From a virus: DNA of 64,000 bases. The translations under genes and the position numbers were made by a program. The stretch lies in IMG/VR virus record IMGVR_UViG_3300045988_091566; one strand, 5' to 3'. Numbering within the stretch: position 1 is the first letter of the stretch; every line of letters starts with the position of its first letter. A model generated the notes under the pieces. The model made no database searches. It had not been told where the DNA came from and saw nothing but the letters and a program-made list of their open reading frames with translations. Positions 27,556-37,503 of this stretch are shown one piece after another.

Positions 27556-28182
27556 ATGTATTTAGAAGGAGATAAATGGAAAAATTGGCACACTAGATGT
27601 TCTGATGCTGCCATTAAAAGGAACAAAGATGAAGAAGATACTAAATTAAATACTATATCAGTGTCTAAATTACTTGAGTATGCACATACTGCATTGCATC
27701 ATTGTGAGATTAATAATTTAGACCCTTATAAAGTTCCAGTATTTCTTACATTAGAGCGTGATAATAATTTGTATTCTAATATTGGTTTAGGTATATGTTG
27801 TAGTAGTCAGTTAGATACTTATGTAACTTTAGGGTCTTCAGACTATTATAAAATGTTCTATGTTGCTCCAGATTCTAAACCTGAAGTTGGTGAATATTGG
27901 AGAAGTAGAGGTGTAGGTTATGATTTATCTGGTTTTGTAGTATCTAAACTAGCTGGAGAACGTTTAACTAGACTAGTTAAATATGTACTAAATACAGATG
28001 AACCTCGGTCTCATCTAGATTACAGAGAATTTGAACCTAATTGGATTCAATTTAAGTTTCAAAAAGAAGAATTTAATCTAGAATTACTAGATAAACTCGC
28101 AAGAGCAAATGATAATATAGTTAATGAAGCTATATTAAGACAATGTATGATAAATGATTCCGAAAAAGAAACAGATTTATAA
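27556..28182 (+). CDS. hypothetical protein (208 aa)
   Basis: ORF track. Confidence 0.5.
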   Translation: MYLEGDKWKNWHTRCSDAAIKRNKDEEDTKLNTISVSKLLEYAHTALHHCEINNLDPYKVPVFLTLERDNNLYSNIGLGICCSSQLDTYVTLGSSDYYKMFYVAPDSKPEVGEYWRSRGVGYDLSGFVVSKLAGERLTRLVKYVLNTDEPRSHLDYREFEPNWIQFKFQKEEFNLELLDKLARANDNIVNEAILRQCMINDSEKETDL

Positions 28183-28483
28183 TTTCTTTGACGATGGTAA
28201 ATGTTCGCCAAGTAGGTTATATAAAGCTTATGTAAAGAAAGTAATTCCTTTTAATAAGGCTGACATACATCTAAAGATACATTTAGTTAATAGTGCTCTT
28301 GATTATGATTGGATATGGAATGGAGATACTGATTATTTCATAGGTTGTTATATTCCTAAGTATGACAATCATCTTATTTGGTTTGCAAGAACTAAATATG
28401 GTACATGGTTTAGTATGGATATTCAATCTAATTGGCAAGGAGGATTATTAGATGTCAATAGAGATGTTCAATTTAGTTTTTAA
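28154..28483 (+). CDS. hypothetical protein (109 aa)
   Basis: ORF track. Confidence 0.45.
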   Translation: MIPKKKQIYNFFDDGKCSPSRLYKAYVKKVIPFNKADIHLKIHLVNSALDYDWIWNGDTDYFIGCYIPKYDNHLIWFARTKYGTWFSMDIQSNWQGGLLDVNRDVQFSF

Positions 28484-28584
28484 CATTAATTAAGTTTTAA
28501 ATTATGGGTAATGAAGATAGAATAGATCCAGATGATTGGTATGATATGGGTTTTCCATATAGCCGAAGAATCAGAAGATATTAA

Positions 28585-29097
28585 AGAGTTCTAAATTAGA
28601 ACTCTTTTAAGTATGGGGCATTCGTGGTTTTGATTGTATAGGAGATAAGAAGCACAGCAAAGACAGTTGGAAAGACAACAAAACAATAAATGCTAGAGTT
28701 ATCAATATGACTTCTGTTTCTTACGCTATTGCAGCCTAAGAAACCGAGCAGCACTTGCTTAGGAACAGAAAGGTGCACTATTTTCCATTTCTTTTAAGTT
28801 CTCTGTATACTTTAGGAACAGAGTGGTGGAAGTTGACAGTATATTAATCCTGTCAACCCTAACAGACAAGGACAGTCTTTAAAACCTATGCTGTAAGAAC
28901 GTTTTGATGCAAATATGCAAGACTGGAGTTTAATTTCGGACTCGGTATAGAGTGATTTATACAATAATTAATCGGATGAATTCAGGGAACGCTAAAAATA
29001 ATGCTTAGCTAGAACTAACATTATTCATGCCAATCCTGAGCTAAGCATATAGTACACTATATGAAAGTGCAGAGACTACTGGAGAGATTTAGTTCTC
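28585..29097. other. about 510-nt GC-elevated non-coding region immediately 3' of the minus-strand HNH gene; multiple hairpins; candidate structured RNA or intron-like element
   Basis: No credible ORF. Minus-strand hairpins GTTGACAG..CTGTCAAC, CCTAAG..CTTAGG and GCTTAGCT..AGCTAAGC. Confidence 0.3.
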
Positions 29098-29727
29098 TTA
29101 ATTACCAGCTTGAGCGTCCGACCCTTCATTAGAAGGTGATGATATAGTCCACTCCTCATCGAAAGATGAGGTATAGGAAGATATTAGTTTTAAAAACTTT
29201 TTAGTATCTAAATCAGACATTTCAGATTTCATAAAATTTATTGGAGTAGATATAAATTGTACATTTCCTTTGATATAGCCTTTAGAAGAATCTATCCTAT
29301 CAAGAGAGGCTCTGTAAATAAAAGGAATTTTTTTTAGATTTCCATAAGTAGGGAGAATAAGGTCTAGTCCTGTGTAAGGACATTTACCATTTTGTTTTTC
29401 CCATACTTCTTTTAAATATTCTAAATCTATATCAACTTCCTTAAATCTTTTTTTAGCATTTCTAAGGGAATATCTAAAAGGTGTATATTCATCTTCATGA
29501 TTATTACATATATTTAATAGGTGTTCTCTTTGTTTATCTGAAATTGGTCTGCCAGCTCTACTTTTATTATTAAATTTAGCTGCACATGATCTAGAACAAA
29601 AATTATGTCTTCCTAATCTAACATTTCTTTTGTACTCGGATTCAGGTTTCTGAAATTCCTTACCACAACAATCACAAGTGATTGTAACTAACTTTCTACC
29701 AATACAATACTTTTTTAATTCTGTCAT
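29098..29727 (-). CDS. HNH homing endonuclease (HNH_3-like; 209 aa)
   Basis: N-terminal Cys-rich region CDCCGKEF..CSRSCAAKF. C-terminal NGKCPYTGLDL...SLDRIDSSKGYIKGNVQFIS, matching the LDRIDNxKGY HNH_3-type signature. Confidence 0.75.
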   Translation of the reverse strand: MTELKKYCIGRKLVTITCDCCGKEFQKPESEYKRNVRLGRHNFCSRSCAAKFNNKSRAGRPISDKQREHLLNICNNHEDEYTPFRYSLRNAKKRFKEVDIDLEYLKEVWEKQNGKCPYTGLDLILPTYGNLKKIPFIYRASLDRIDSSKGYIKGNVQFISTPINFMKSEMSDLDTKKFLKLISSYTSSFDEEWTISSPSNEGSDAQAGN

Positions 29728-30009
29728 AGATTTAAATTTTAACTATACAATTATAGTTTAGTATTGTGGAATTGCAAAGTTAAGAAATGTTAATAGGCGA
29801 CTCTCCAATGCTCCACTAGTTCATAGAACTGTTTTTTATTATTTGTTTTTAATCCCTGGGCTATTATTATAGTTCAGGGATTTTTGTTTAATTTTAACTG
29901 TTAATTATGGAAGAATATATTAATAACTCTATTAAAATAATTGATGATATGTTACACAACATAGACATTCTTATAAATTTATTAAAGTAATTATTAAACA
30001 TTTATCAAA

Positions 30010-31161
30010 ATGGATAAACAAATTTGGTTGCAAGATGGCAACGTTTTTAGTCAGGGTAGTGCGACAACAGTATCTCATCCTGAAGGATTACCGAAAGGTG
30101 TTTATGAAGTAAAAGTCTCAATGACTGGATTTTACTTAAGTAAAATTGCAGAGTCTTTTACATTTGGTTACAAATTATATGATCTAAATCAAAAATTTAT
30201 AAATCATGTCTTAAAGACATACAAGAATACTACAGGAAATTTAGGTATTCTGCTTAATGGAATCAAAGGAACTAGTAAAACAGTTACTGCAAAGGAACTT
30301 TGTAATCATTTACAGCTTCCTGTGATCTTAGTGCAATCAATGGGTGATTCTAATGATAAATTAATAAACTATTTATCTACAACTATTAATTTTGATTGCA
30401 TCTTCTTCTTTGATGAATATGAAAAAGAATTTAAAGATTCTTCTGATGTTCTCTCTTTTATGGATGGTACTTATAATTCTATTTATCGTAAGGTATTTTT
30501 ACTTACTACTAATGAGTTAAAGGTAGATCCAAATCTTCTTGGTAGACCTTCTAGAATAAGATATAAAAAGTCTTTCGGTAATCTTTCCGAGGAAGTTACT
30601 AGAGAGATTCTTAACGATATCTTAGAAGATAAAACTGCTATAGAGAAGGTTATAGAGTTAACTCATTCTATGAATATTATTACTATAGACTTAATTAAGG
30701 CTATAGCAACTGAAATTAATATTCATGGGGTGGAAGCTCTTTCTGATATTAAAGAAACCTTTAATATTGAGTTCTCTAAGTTTACTTATTTGTATAGAGA
30801 AGTGCGAATCAGTCATTGTGACTTGAAATTTACTTCTGAAAATATAAATAATCTATTGAAAATTTATAATAAATATAAAGAACTTAAAAAGAAAGCCTGG
30901 GAAAATCGTTCTCTCGAAGAAAAAGAATTCTATAACGAATGGTCTTCTAAGTTCGATGAGGATTATGGTTCTACTATGGAAGATAAAGAATTGAAATACC
31001 TAGAGCCTGGAGACTATTTTGAAGATGATCGTATATTAATGGTAAATGTTGCAGAAAAGTATGTAATAACTATGACTGATTATGGATATATTAAAATATA
31101 TTTAATTAATAGTTGCTATTCTGCAAGTAAAGCTACAGGTCTTGTAAATTACAAATTATAA
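30010..31161 (+). CDS. AAA+/P-loop ATPase (383 aa)
   Basis: Walker A-like LLNGIKGTSKT. Walker B CIFFFDEYEK (hhhhDE). Confidence 0.5.
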   Translation: MDKQIWLQDGNVFSQGSATTVSHPEGLPKGVYEVKVSMTGFYLSKIAESFTFGYKLYDLNQKFINHVLKTYKNTTGNLGILLNGIKGTSKTVTAKELCNHLQLPVILVQSMGDSNDKLINYLSTTINFDCIFFFDEYEKEFKDSSDVLSFMDGTYNSIYRKVFLLTTNELKVDPNLLGRPSRIRYKKSFGNLSEEVTREILNDILEDKTAIEKVIELTHSMNIITIDLIKAIATEINIHGVEALSDIKETFNIEFSKFTYLYREVRISHCDLKFTSENINNLLKIYNKYKELKKKAWENRSLEEKEFYNEWSSKFDEDYGSTMEDKELKYLEPGDYFEDDRILMVNVAEKYVITMTDYGYIKIYLINSCYSASKATGLVNYKL

Positions 31162-31243
31162 AAAAAAAATAAATGCCCCCTTGGAATTAACATCAGTTAG
31201 TTCTTAGATATTTAATTTTTATTATTTAAACATTTACAAATTT

Positions 31244-32797
31244 ATGGAACATTTAGTTCTTATTGGTGTTATCGCAGTCGTTATTATTGTACTGCTTGTT
31301 ATTATTGCTACAATGTATGTTAAAGCTCCTCCTTCGATGGCGTACATTCTTTCAGGTTTTCGTAAAGAACCACGAGTACTTATCGGTGGTGGTGGAGTAA
31401 AAATTCCTGTACTTGAACGATTAGATAAAGTATATCTTGGTCAAGTAACAGTTGATGTTAAGACTTCACAACCAGTTCCTACTCATGATTTCTTAGATGT
31501 AATGGTAGATGCCGTATGTAAAGTTAGGGTAAAACCTGATACAGAAGGTACTAGACTTGCAGCTAAGAACTTCTTAAATATGAATTCTGCTCAGATTGCT
31601 GCTCAGGTGAAAGATTCTTTGGAGGGTAATATGCGTGAAGTAGTAGGTTCTCTCGACTTAATTAAAATTAACACTGATAGAGATGCATTTTCTGATGAAA
31701 TTCAGAAGAAGGCAGCTCCTGATATGGCTAAGTTAGGTCTTGAGATTTTGTCTTGCAATATTCAGAATATTACTGATGAAAAGGGCTTGATCCGTGATTT
31801 GGGTGCTGATAATACAGCAGCTATTCAGAAGAATGCTAAGATTACCCGTGCTAATGCTGATAGAGATGTAGCTAAGGCTCAGGCTGAGGCTGACAATGCA
31901 GCTAACGAAGCACGAGTAAAGGCTGATACTATTATTGCTGAACGTAATAATGAATTAGCTATTAAGAAAGCTGAACTGAAGAGATTGTCTGATATTAAGA
32001 AGGCTGAATCTGATGCTGCATATAAAATTCAGCAGCAGGAGCAGCAGAAAACTATTAACATCAAAACTGTAGATGCTGATATTGAGAAAACTCGTAAAGA
32101 ACAGACCTTGTCTGAGGAGAAGATTAAAATTAAGCAGAATGAGTATCTTGCAGATGTAAATGCTAAGGCTGATGCTGATAAGTATCAGACAGAAATTGAT
32201 GCTCAGGCTGCTCTGGAGAAACAGAAACGTGAGGCTGAAGCTGAAGCTTATAAGGCAGAGCAAACTGCTAAAGCTGTAAAGGCTAAGGCTGAAGCTAATC
32301 GTTATTCTCAGGAGCAGGAAGCAGCAGGTATTCGTGCTAAGGGTGAAGCTGAAGCATATGCTACTCAGCAGACCTTGACTGCGGAAGCTGAAGGTACTAA
32401 AGCTAAACTTTTGGCAGAAGCTGAAGGTGTAAAGGCTAAGGGTCTTGCAGAAGCTGAAGCTATGCAGAAGAAGGCTGAAGCATACAGTAAGTATGGTTCT
32501 ATTGCTGTAATTGACATGCTTTCTAAACTTAATGAGAAAGTTCTTCCTGATATGGCTAAGTATATTGCTGAACCTATGAGTAAGATTGGCAATATGACAG
32601 TTTATGGAACTAATGGTTCTGAAGCTTCTGGTATTTCTGGTAATGTGCCTGCTATTATCAAACAAACTCGTGACATTGTAAAAGATGCTACAGGTGTAGA
32701 TATGGCAGACATTATGAAGGCTAACACTATTGATGCTAAGGTTAACAAGAATGTTAATGTTAATGGCGACGTAGAAAACACCAACGTAAATGTGTAA
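31244..32797 (+). CDS. SPFH/band-7 flotillin-like membrane protein (517 aa) with an N-terminal TM helix and a long EA-rich coiled coil
   Basis: N-terminal TM helix IGVIAVVIIVLLVIIATMYV. SPFH-type core (PSMAYILSGF...KIPVLERL...VDVKT). Long AEAEAxKAKAEA repeats typical of FloT/YqiK flotillins. GC is elevated relative to its flanks. Confidence 0.75.
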   Translation: MEHLVLIGVIAVVIIVLLVIIATMYVKAPPSMAYILSGFRKEPRVLIGGGGVKIPVLERLDKVYLGQVTVDVKTSQPVPTHDFLDVMVDAVCKVRVKPDTEGTRLAAKNFLNMNSAQIAAQVKDSLEGNMREVVGSLDLIKINTDRDAFSDEIQKKAAPDMAKLGLEILSCNIQNITDEKGLIRDLGADNTAAIQKNAKITRANADRDVAKAQAEADNAANEARVKADTIIAERNNELAIKKAELKRLSDIKKAESDAAYKIQQQEQQKTINIKTVDADIEKTRKEQTLSEEKIKIKQNEYLADVNAKADADKYQTEIDAQAALEKQKREAEAEAYKAEQTAKAVKAKAEANRYSQEQEAAGIRAKGEAEAYATQQTLTAEAEGTKAKLLAEAEGVKAKGLAEAEAMQKKAEAYSKYGSIAVIDMLSKLNEKVLPDMAKYIAEPMSKIGNMTVYGTNGSEASGISGNVPAIIKQTRDIVKDATGVDMADIMKANTIDAKVNKNVNVNGDVENTNVNV

Positions 32798-32859
32798 ACA
32801 TTAAATATCACAGAGGGAGGGAATAATCTCTCCCTCTTTTTCTAATTTTTAAAAATTTT

Positions 32860-34893
32860 ATGGAATACTTAGATTTTAGAAATCTTGTTACAGAAGCATG
32901 TAATAAGATGATTAAAGAGAACAAGCATCTCTTTATTCTTGACACTCAAAAAGAATTTTTATGGATGGCTTATATGGAATCTTTCCCTGAAGGAGCCGTA
33001 CGTCAAGAATTTAACTGTGTAAATTGTAAACATTTCATTACTCGCTATGGAGCATTAGTTTCTGTAGATGAGAATTATAAAATACATTCTTACTGGGAGG
33101 ATGTTCACGCTGAAGGAATGTTTGCTAAAGTTGTAGACAATATGTTACAAGTGCTTAAAAATACTAAAATTAGGAATGCATTTGTTACGGAAGAGACTAC
33201 GATGGGTTGTAAATGTAATCAGCAGATATTACCTTCTAAAGAAATAATTACTTGGAATCATTTTTATGCTACTCCTACAAGTAATTTAATTATGGATAAG
33301 TCTCAGACTCCAACATTCCGTGCAGGTGCTAAATCTTCACATGATGTATGGATAAGAACTTTATCTGAAATTAACTATAATTCTGTACAAACAGTATTAG
33401 ACTTAATTGCAGATGATAACCTCTATAGAGGTGACACTTATCTACGTCAAGTGAATGCTTTAAAGACTGCTCTTGATACAATAGAGAATAAGCACTTGGA
33501 AGGTTTTGAGTTAGATAATTATGCTTGGATATCTTCTTGTGTACTTCCTGATGCTGTAACACATATATTTAATAGTGCTATAGGTCAGCTTCTTAAAGAC
33601 ATAACTGATACTAACAATGTTGAAAGTTCAGTTAGGAAGTTTGAAGCTATGGTTGCTCCTTATAATTATAAGAGACCTAAAGGTATTATCACTAAAACTC
33701 AGGTAGAAAATGCTTATAAAACTGTAGTAGAACTTGGTTATGAAGATTCTTTAGAGCGTCGTCATGCTAAAGTAGAAGATATATCTATTGAAGATGTTAT
33801 CTTTGTAAATAGAGAAACTCGTAAGAGAATGTTAGGAGGATTTGATTCTCTTATGAATGAAACTTCTAATACTAGCAAAACTGCTACAGACTTTGAGAAG
33901 ACTGCGATTCCAACAACTATGGAAGAGTTCCTTAATAATATTGTTTCTAAGGCTAGTAAGCTTGAATTATTCTTTGACAATAAGTTAAATAATAATTTAG
34001 TAACTCTTACTGCCCCAGTTAATAAAGAAGCTCCTTCTATGTTTAAATGGAGTAATGGTTTTGCTTGGGCATATAATGGTAATATCTCTGACGCTATTAA
34101 ACAACGTGTTAAAGAAGTAGGAGGTAAGGTAGATGGCTATATGAGAATCTCTCTTCATTGGTACAACTACGATGATTTGGATTTACATATGAATAGTCCT
34201 TATGGACACATTCATTATAGTAATAAAGCAGACCTTCTTGATGTAGATATGAATGCCTGTGGAGGTAGTGCTTTTGAAGAACGTAATAATCCTAAGAAAT
34301 TCTCTCGCAATGCTGTAGAAAATATCATTTTTTCAGAAATTCCTAAAGCAGGTACTTATAAAGTATTTGTTAACAACTATGCTAAAGTTGAAAATATTGA
34401 TTTAGGATTTGAAGTAGAAGTAGAACTTAATGGAGTTGTTCATACTTATGTGTATGATAAAAACGTCCCTCATAAGAGCGATGTTCCAGTATTAGACTTT
34501 ACTTCTAATGGACGTGAAGTTATCTTTACTAAAGAACATTTAAGTAGTACTACAGCATCTAAAGAAATTTGGGGAGTAAAGACTCAGAACTTCATTGAAG
34601 TATCTGCTATATGCTTATCTCCAAATTACTGGGGAAATAATAAGGTAGGTGCTAAGCACTATTTCTTTATGCTGAAGGATTGTAAGAATCCAGATGCTGT
34701 TCGTGGATATTTTAATGAGTATCTTAAAGACGAACTCACTAAAAATCATAAGAGAGTATTTGAAGTATTAGCATCTAAAGCTTTGACTCCTTATGATGAT
34801 AATCAGATGAGTGGTTTAGGATTTATAGCTACTTCTCGTAATTCACTTATGGTTAGAGTAGATTCAGGTAAAATTTATAAAGTAAATATTTAA
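32860..34893 (+). CDS. large hypothetical protein (677 aa)
   Basis: ORF track. No motif recognised by eye. Confidence 0.55.
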   Translation: MEYLDFRNLVTEACNKMIKENKHLFILDTQKEFLWMAYMESFPEGAVRQEFNCVNCKHFITRYGALVSVDENYKIHSYWEDVHAEGMFAKVVDNMLQVLKNTKIRNAFVTEETTMGCKCNQQILPSKEIITWNHFYATPTSNLIMDKSQTPTFRAGAKSSHDVWIRTLSEINYNSVQTVLDLIADDNLYRGDTYLRQVNALKTALDTIENKHLEGFELDNYAWISSCVLPDAVTHIFNSAIGQLLKDITDTNNVESSVRKFEAMVAPYNYKRPKGIITKTQVENAYKTVVELGYEDSLERRHAKVEDISIEDVIFVNRETRKRMLGGFDSLMNETSNTSKTATDFEKTAIPTTMEEFLNNIVSKASKLELFFDNKLNNNLVTLTAPVNKEAPSMFKWSNGFAWAYNGNISDAIKQRVKEVGGKVDGYMRISLHWYNYDDLDLHMNSPYGHIHYSNKADLLDVDMNACGGSAFEERNNPKKFSRNAVENIIFSEIPKAGTYKVFVNNYAKVENIDLGFEVEVELNGVVHTYVYDKNVPHKSDVPVLDFTSNGREVIFTKEHLSSTTASKEIWGVKTQNFIEVSAICLSPNYWGNNKVGAKHYFFMLKDCKNPDAVRGYFNEYLKDELTKNHKRVFEVLASKALTPYDDNQMSGLGFIATSRNSLMVRVDSGKIYKVNI

Positions 34894-34905
34894 TAATTAA
34901 CAACA

Positions 34906-35274
34906 ATGTACAAAGAAGCATTACAAAAGAAATTACGTTTTAAGACAAACAAGGGTATGATTACTACAGAAGATTTGTTCGACTTATCTCTGCAGAATCT
35001 TAACACTTTAGCTATTATGCTGGATAAGAAAATTAGTGAGGCTCCTAAGAAGTCTTTCATTGAAGAGCTCCCAGCTGAAGAAAATGATGATGAACTTCGT
35101 TTCAGCATTGTAAAAGATGTAATCAATATTAAATTAAAGGCTCGTAAAGACAATATTGATAAAGCACAGATTGATGCTCGTAACAAACGTATTGCTGAGC
35201 TTATCGCAAAGAAAGAGGACGAAGCTCTTGAGAATAAATCTATTGAAGAGCTTCGTGCTATGATTCAGAATTAA
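34906..35274 (+). CDS. hypothetical coiled-coil protein (122 aa)
   Basis: ORF track. Confidence 0.45.
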   Translation: MYKEALQKKLRFKTNKGMITTEDLFDLSLQNLNTLAIMLDKKISEAPKKSFIEELPAEENDDELRFSIVKDVINIKLKARKDNIDKAQIDARNKRIAELIAKKEDEALENKSIEELRAMIQN

Positions 35275-35402
35275 AATTTTTAAGATTTTATTTTTAGAAA
35301 AAAAATTCACAACTATAATAACCTCAGTAATAAGGAATACTTATTGAACGTTGTGAAACGTGAATTATAGTCGTGATAATTAAAAGGAAACTCAATCTTT
35401 TG

Positions 35403-35436
35403 AGGGGACTCTATTTAGAGTTCCCTCTTTTGGTTT
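35403..35436 (+). terminator. intrinsic terminator
   Basis: GGGGACTCT-ATTT-AGAGTTCCCTC hairpin followed by TTTTGGTTT. Confidence 0.5.
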
Positions 35437-35439
35437 ATT

Positions 35440-35661
35440 ATGACTAGCAAATTTAAATTGTATGAAAGTATTGTTTTAGACAATATCAAATTTACAGTTA
35501 TTAATATTAGTGTAATTCCACAATGTGCTCAATATATAGATAATAAATTTGTCTATTTATTTGATTTTAATTATTCTTTAAGTTATGGGGATTACAAGAT
35601 AGAACTCACAGAGACAGAAATAAATAATTTAATTAAAAATAATAAAGTAAACAAAAATTAA
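35440..35661 (+). CDS. hypothetical protein (73 aa)
   Basis: ORF track. Confidence 0.35.
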   Translation: MTSKFKLYESIVLDNIKFTVINISVIPQCAQYIDNKFVYLFDFNYSLSYGDYKIELTETEINNLIKNNKVNKN

Positions 35662-35832
35662 CTTTTATAATTTTTATAGTTAAATTATATTTATATCACA
35701 AACGGGTTAGGACTGTTATAGTTACGAATTTCACGATTAACCTGATTCCCAGATGTATATATCTATAAATATACTGACTTTTTTGAAGATTTCAACATGA
35801 AATTGGAAGGGTCGTACTTACCTTAGTACACA

Positions 35833-35867
35833 GAACCGAGAATTGGGAAGTTCTCGGTTCATTTTTA
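35833..35867 (+). terminator. intrinsic terminator
   Basis: 10-bp stem GAACCGAGAA/TTCTCGGTTC followed by ATTTTT. Confidence 0.55.
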
Positions 35868-35941
35868 AATTTTATTAAAATTATATTTTGAATAATAAAA
35901 TTTAGATTTATAATAGTCAATACGATAAAAAAGAATAAAAA

Positions 35942-36097
35942 ATGAAGAAATTACTTGTATTTAGTGTGTTATTTACACTCTTGAGTTGTTCTACTGGTTC
36001 AAATAATTCAGTAAATTCAACTTCAAATGATTCTATTAATGTTGATACTACAGTAGTTGATACTACTGCTATTGATTCAACTGTATGTCCTGATTAA
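35942..36097 (+). CDS. small lipoprotein (51 aa) with a lipobox
   Basis: Hand translation MKKLLVFSVLFTLLSCSTGSNNS... contains a signal peptide and an LLSC lipobox. Missed by the ORF track because it is under 60 aa. Confidence 0.45.
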   Translation: MKKLLVFSVLFTLLSCSTGSNNSVNSTSNDSINVDTTVVDTTAIDSTVCPD

Positions 36098-36108
36098 TCA
36101 GGACTTTC

Positions 36109-36181
36109 GCCTAGGTAGTTCAGTGGTTAGAACGCGAAACTGTTAATTTCGATGTCGGGAGTTCGATTCTCTCCCTTGGCG
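36109..36181 (+). tRNA. tRNA-Asn (anticodon GTT)
   Basis: D arm GTTC-AGTGGTTA-GAAC, anticodon arm CGAAA-CTGTTAA-TTTCG, T arm GGGAG-TTCGATT-CTCTC. One U-U mismatch in the acceptor stem. Confidence 0.6.
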
Positions 36182-36252
36182 CAATAATATATGCCTCTTA
36201 TTTCTAAGGTTAGCTGCCTTCTCGAAAAGAAATGTGTACACAAGAAGCGCCT

Positions 36253-36329
36253 AGAGTATTAAGCCCTGTTGGTAAGGGAACTAGACTATCACTCTAGTAA
36301 AACTAAGGGTTCGAGTCCCTTATATTCCG
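36253..36329 (+). tRNA. tRNA-Asp-like with A34: anticodon loop CTATCAC (anticodon ATC) where Asp tRNAs normally carry CTGTCAC
   Basis: T arm AAGGG-TTCGAGT-CCCTT, anticodon arm CTAGA-CTATCAC-TCTAG, D stem CCC/GGG, acceptor AGAGTAT/ATATTCC (one mismatch). Confidence 0.4.
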
Positions 36330-36353
36330 CAACTAATTAAAAAAATAAATAAT

Positions 36354-36830
36354 ATGAAAGAAACTTTTAATTATCAATCTGACGCAAACTTTTATGATAA
36401 AAAGGATTTTATTATAGCTGTTTTAAAAAGCAAAATAAATAGTTTTAAAGAGTATGATGCTGAAAGAAAAAAGCATTATGCGGGACTAGAACAAAAAATC
36501 GGAGAATTAGAATCCTATATAGATGAATTAGAAAATGGGCTTAATATAGATTCTTTAAATAATAAGATTCAATCTTTAGAAAATAAGATTGAAAAACAAA
36601 AACTTAAAATTAAAGAATTACAAGCTAAAGTTAATATATCTTTATTTGATGATACTAAGTCTTTTAAAGAGTTAGAATCTATAGCAAATAATTTAAAGAA
36701 CTTTAATAGCATGAAATTAGCTAATAAAGCCCTCAAAAAACATCTTAAAGATAATAAAAAAACTATATCTGATTTAGTATATGAATTAACACAAGCTAAA
36801 CTTAAAATAAAACAATTAACTGGAGAGTAA
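36354..36830 (+). CDS. hypothetical coiled-coil protein (158 aa)
   Basis: ORF track. Confidence 0.45.
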   Translation: MKETFNYQSDANFYDKKDFIIAVLKSKINSFKEYDAERKKHYAGLEQKIGELESYIDELENGLNIDSLNNKIQSLENKIEKQKLKIKELQAKVNISLFDDTKSFKELESIANNLKNFNSMKLANKALKKHLKDNKKTISDLVYELTQAKLKIKQLTGE

Positions 36831-36840
36831 TCTCCAATTT

Positions 36841-36914
36841 GGGCTCGTAGTTCAGTTGGCTAGAACGCTACTTTTGCAAGGTAGATGTCGTGGGTTCGAG
36901 TCCCACCGTGGTCC
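36841..36914 (+). tRNA. tRNA-Ala(TGC)-like with a degenerate acceptor stem (possible pseudo-tRNA)
   Basis: D arm GTTC-AGTTGGCTA-GAAC, anticodon arm CTACT-TTTGCAA-GGTAG, T arm GTGGG-TTCGAGT-CCCAC. Acceptor GGGCTCG vs CGTGGTC has 2 mismatches, and there is a G3-G70 pair rather than the G3-U70 Ala identity pair. Confidence 0.35.
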
Positions 36915-36933
36915 ACTATTAAATTAAATATTT

Positions 36934-37272
36934 ATGAAAATAACTATTGATACAGACAATTTAGAAACATTAAAGTATAAAACTGAAGATGTTCCTATTT
37001 TAATGAAGACTTTCCAACAATTAATAAATAAATTAATGTATGAAGTAATAGGGGATTATTATTCTGTAGACAATGTTCCTGAAGATACTCCAAAATGGGT
37101 AAAAGAAGAACTACTTAATGTAGGAAAAACCTGTTATATGGATGGGCATATGAATAAAGAATATGTCTTTAAAGGTATTCAAGAAACATTTGAGGATTAT
37201 TATTATATATTAGAAGACAATAATAAAAAAATTTCTTATTCTTCATGCGTTGGAAAGATATCTTATAAATAA
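36934..37272 (+). CDS. hypothetical protein (112 aa)
   Basis: ORF track. Confidence 0.45.
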   Translation: MKITIDTDNLETLKYKTEDVPILMKTFQQLINKLMYEVIGDYYSVDNVPEDTPKWVKEELLNVGKTCYMDGHMNKEYVFKGIQETFEDYYYILEDNNKKISYSSCVGKISYK

Positions 37273-37503
37273 TGTAATGATATTTCATATAACATAAAAA
37301 GCTAAATCAGAGTAATTACCTGACTATGGGAGTTTTACTGTTCTCCTGCTTTTTATGTAAATTTTAAACAGTAATTAAAAAAATAGTACAATATGAAGAA
37401 ATTCAAAGAATGCACCAGTGAAGAAATTAAATTAGCTATATCAAATAGCGAAAGTTTAAATTAGGTTTGTAAGTAGTTATTATGTACCAATAATACTTAC
37501 AAT

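Noticed and set aside
31955-32811. Minus-strand ORFs 31955..32665, 32365..32592 and 32602..32811 inside the flotillin gene
   Set aside because: These are antisense shadow ORFs created by the GCTGAAGC / EA-repeat region. The + strand product has a clear SPFH architecture, and the minus translations are low-complexity (S/L/F-rich).
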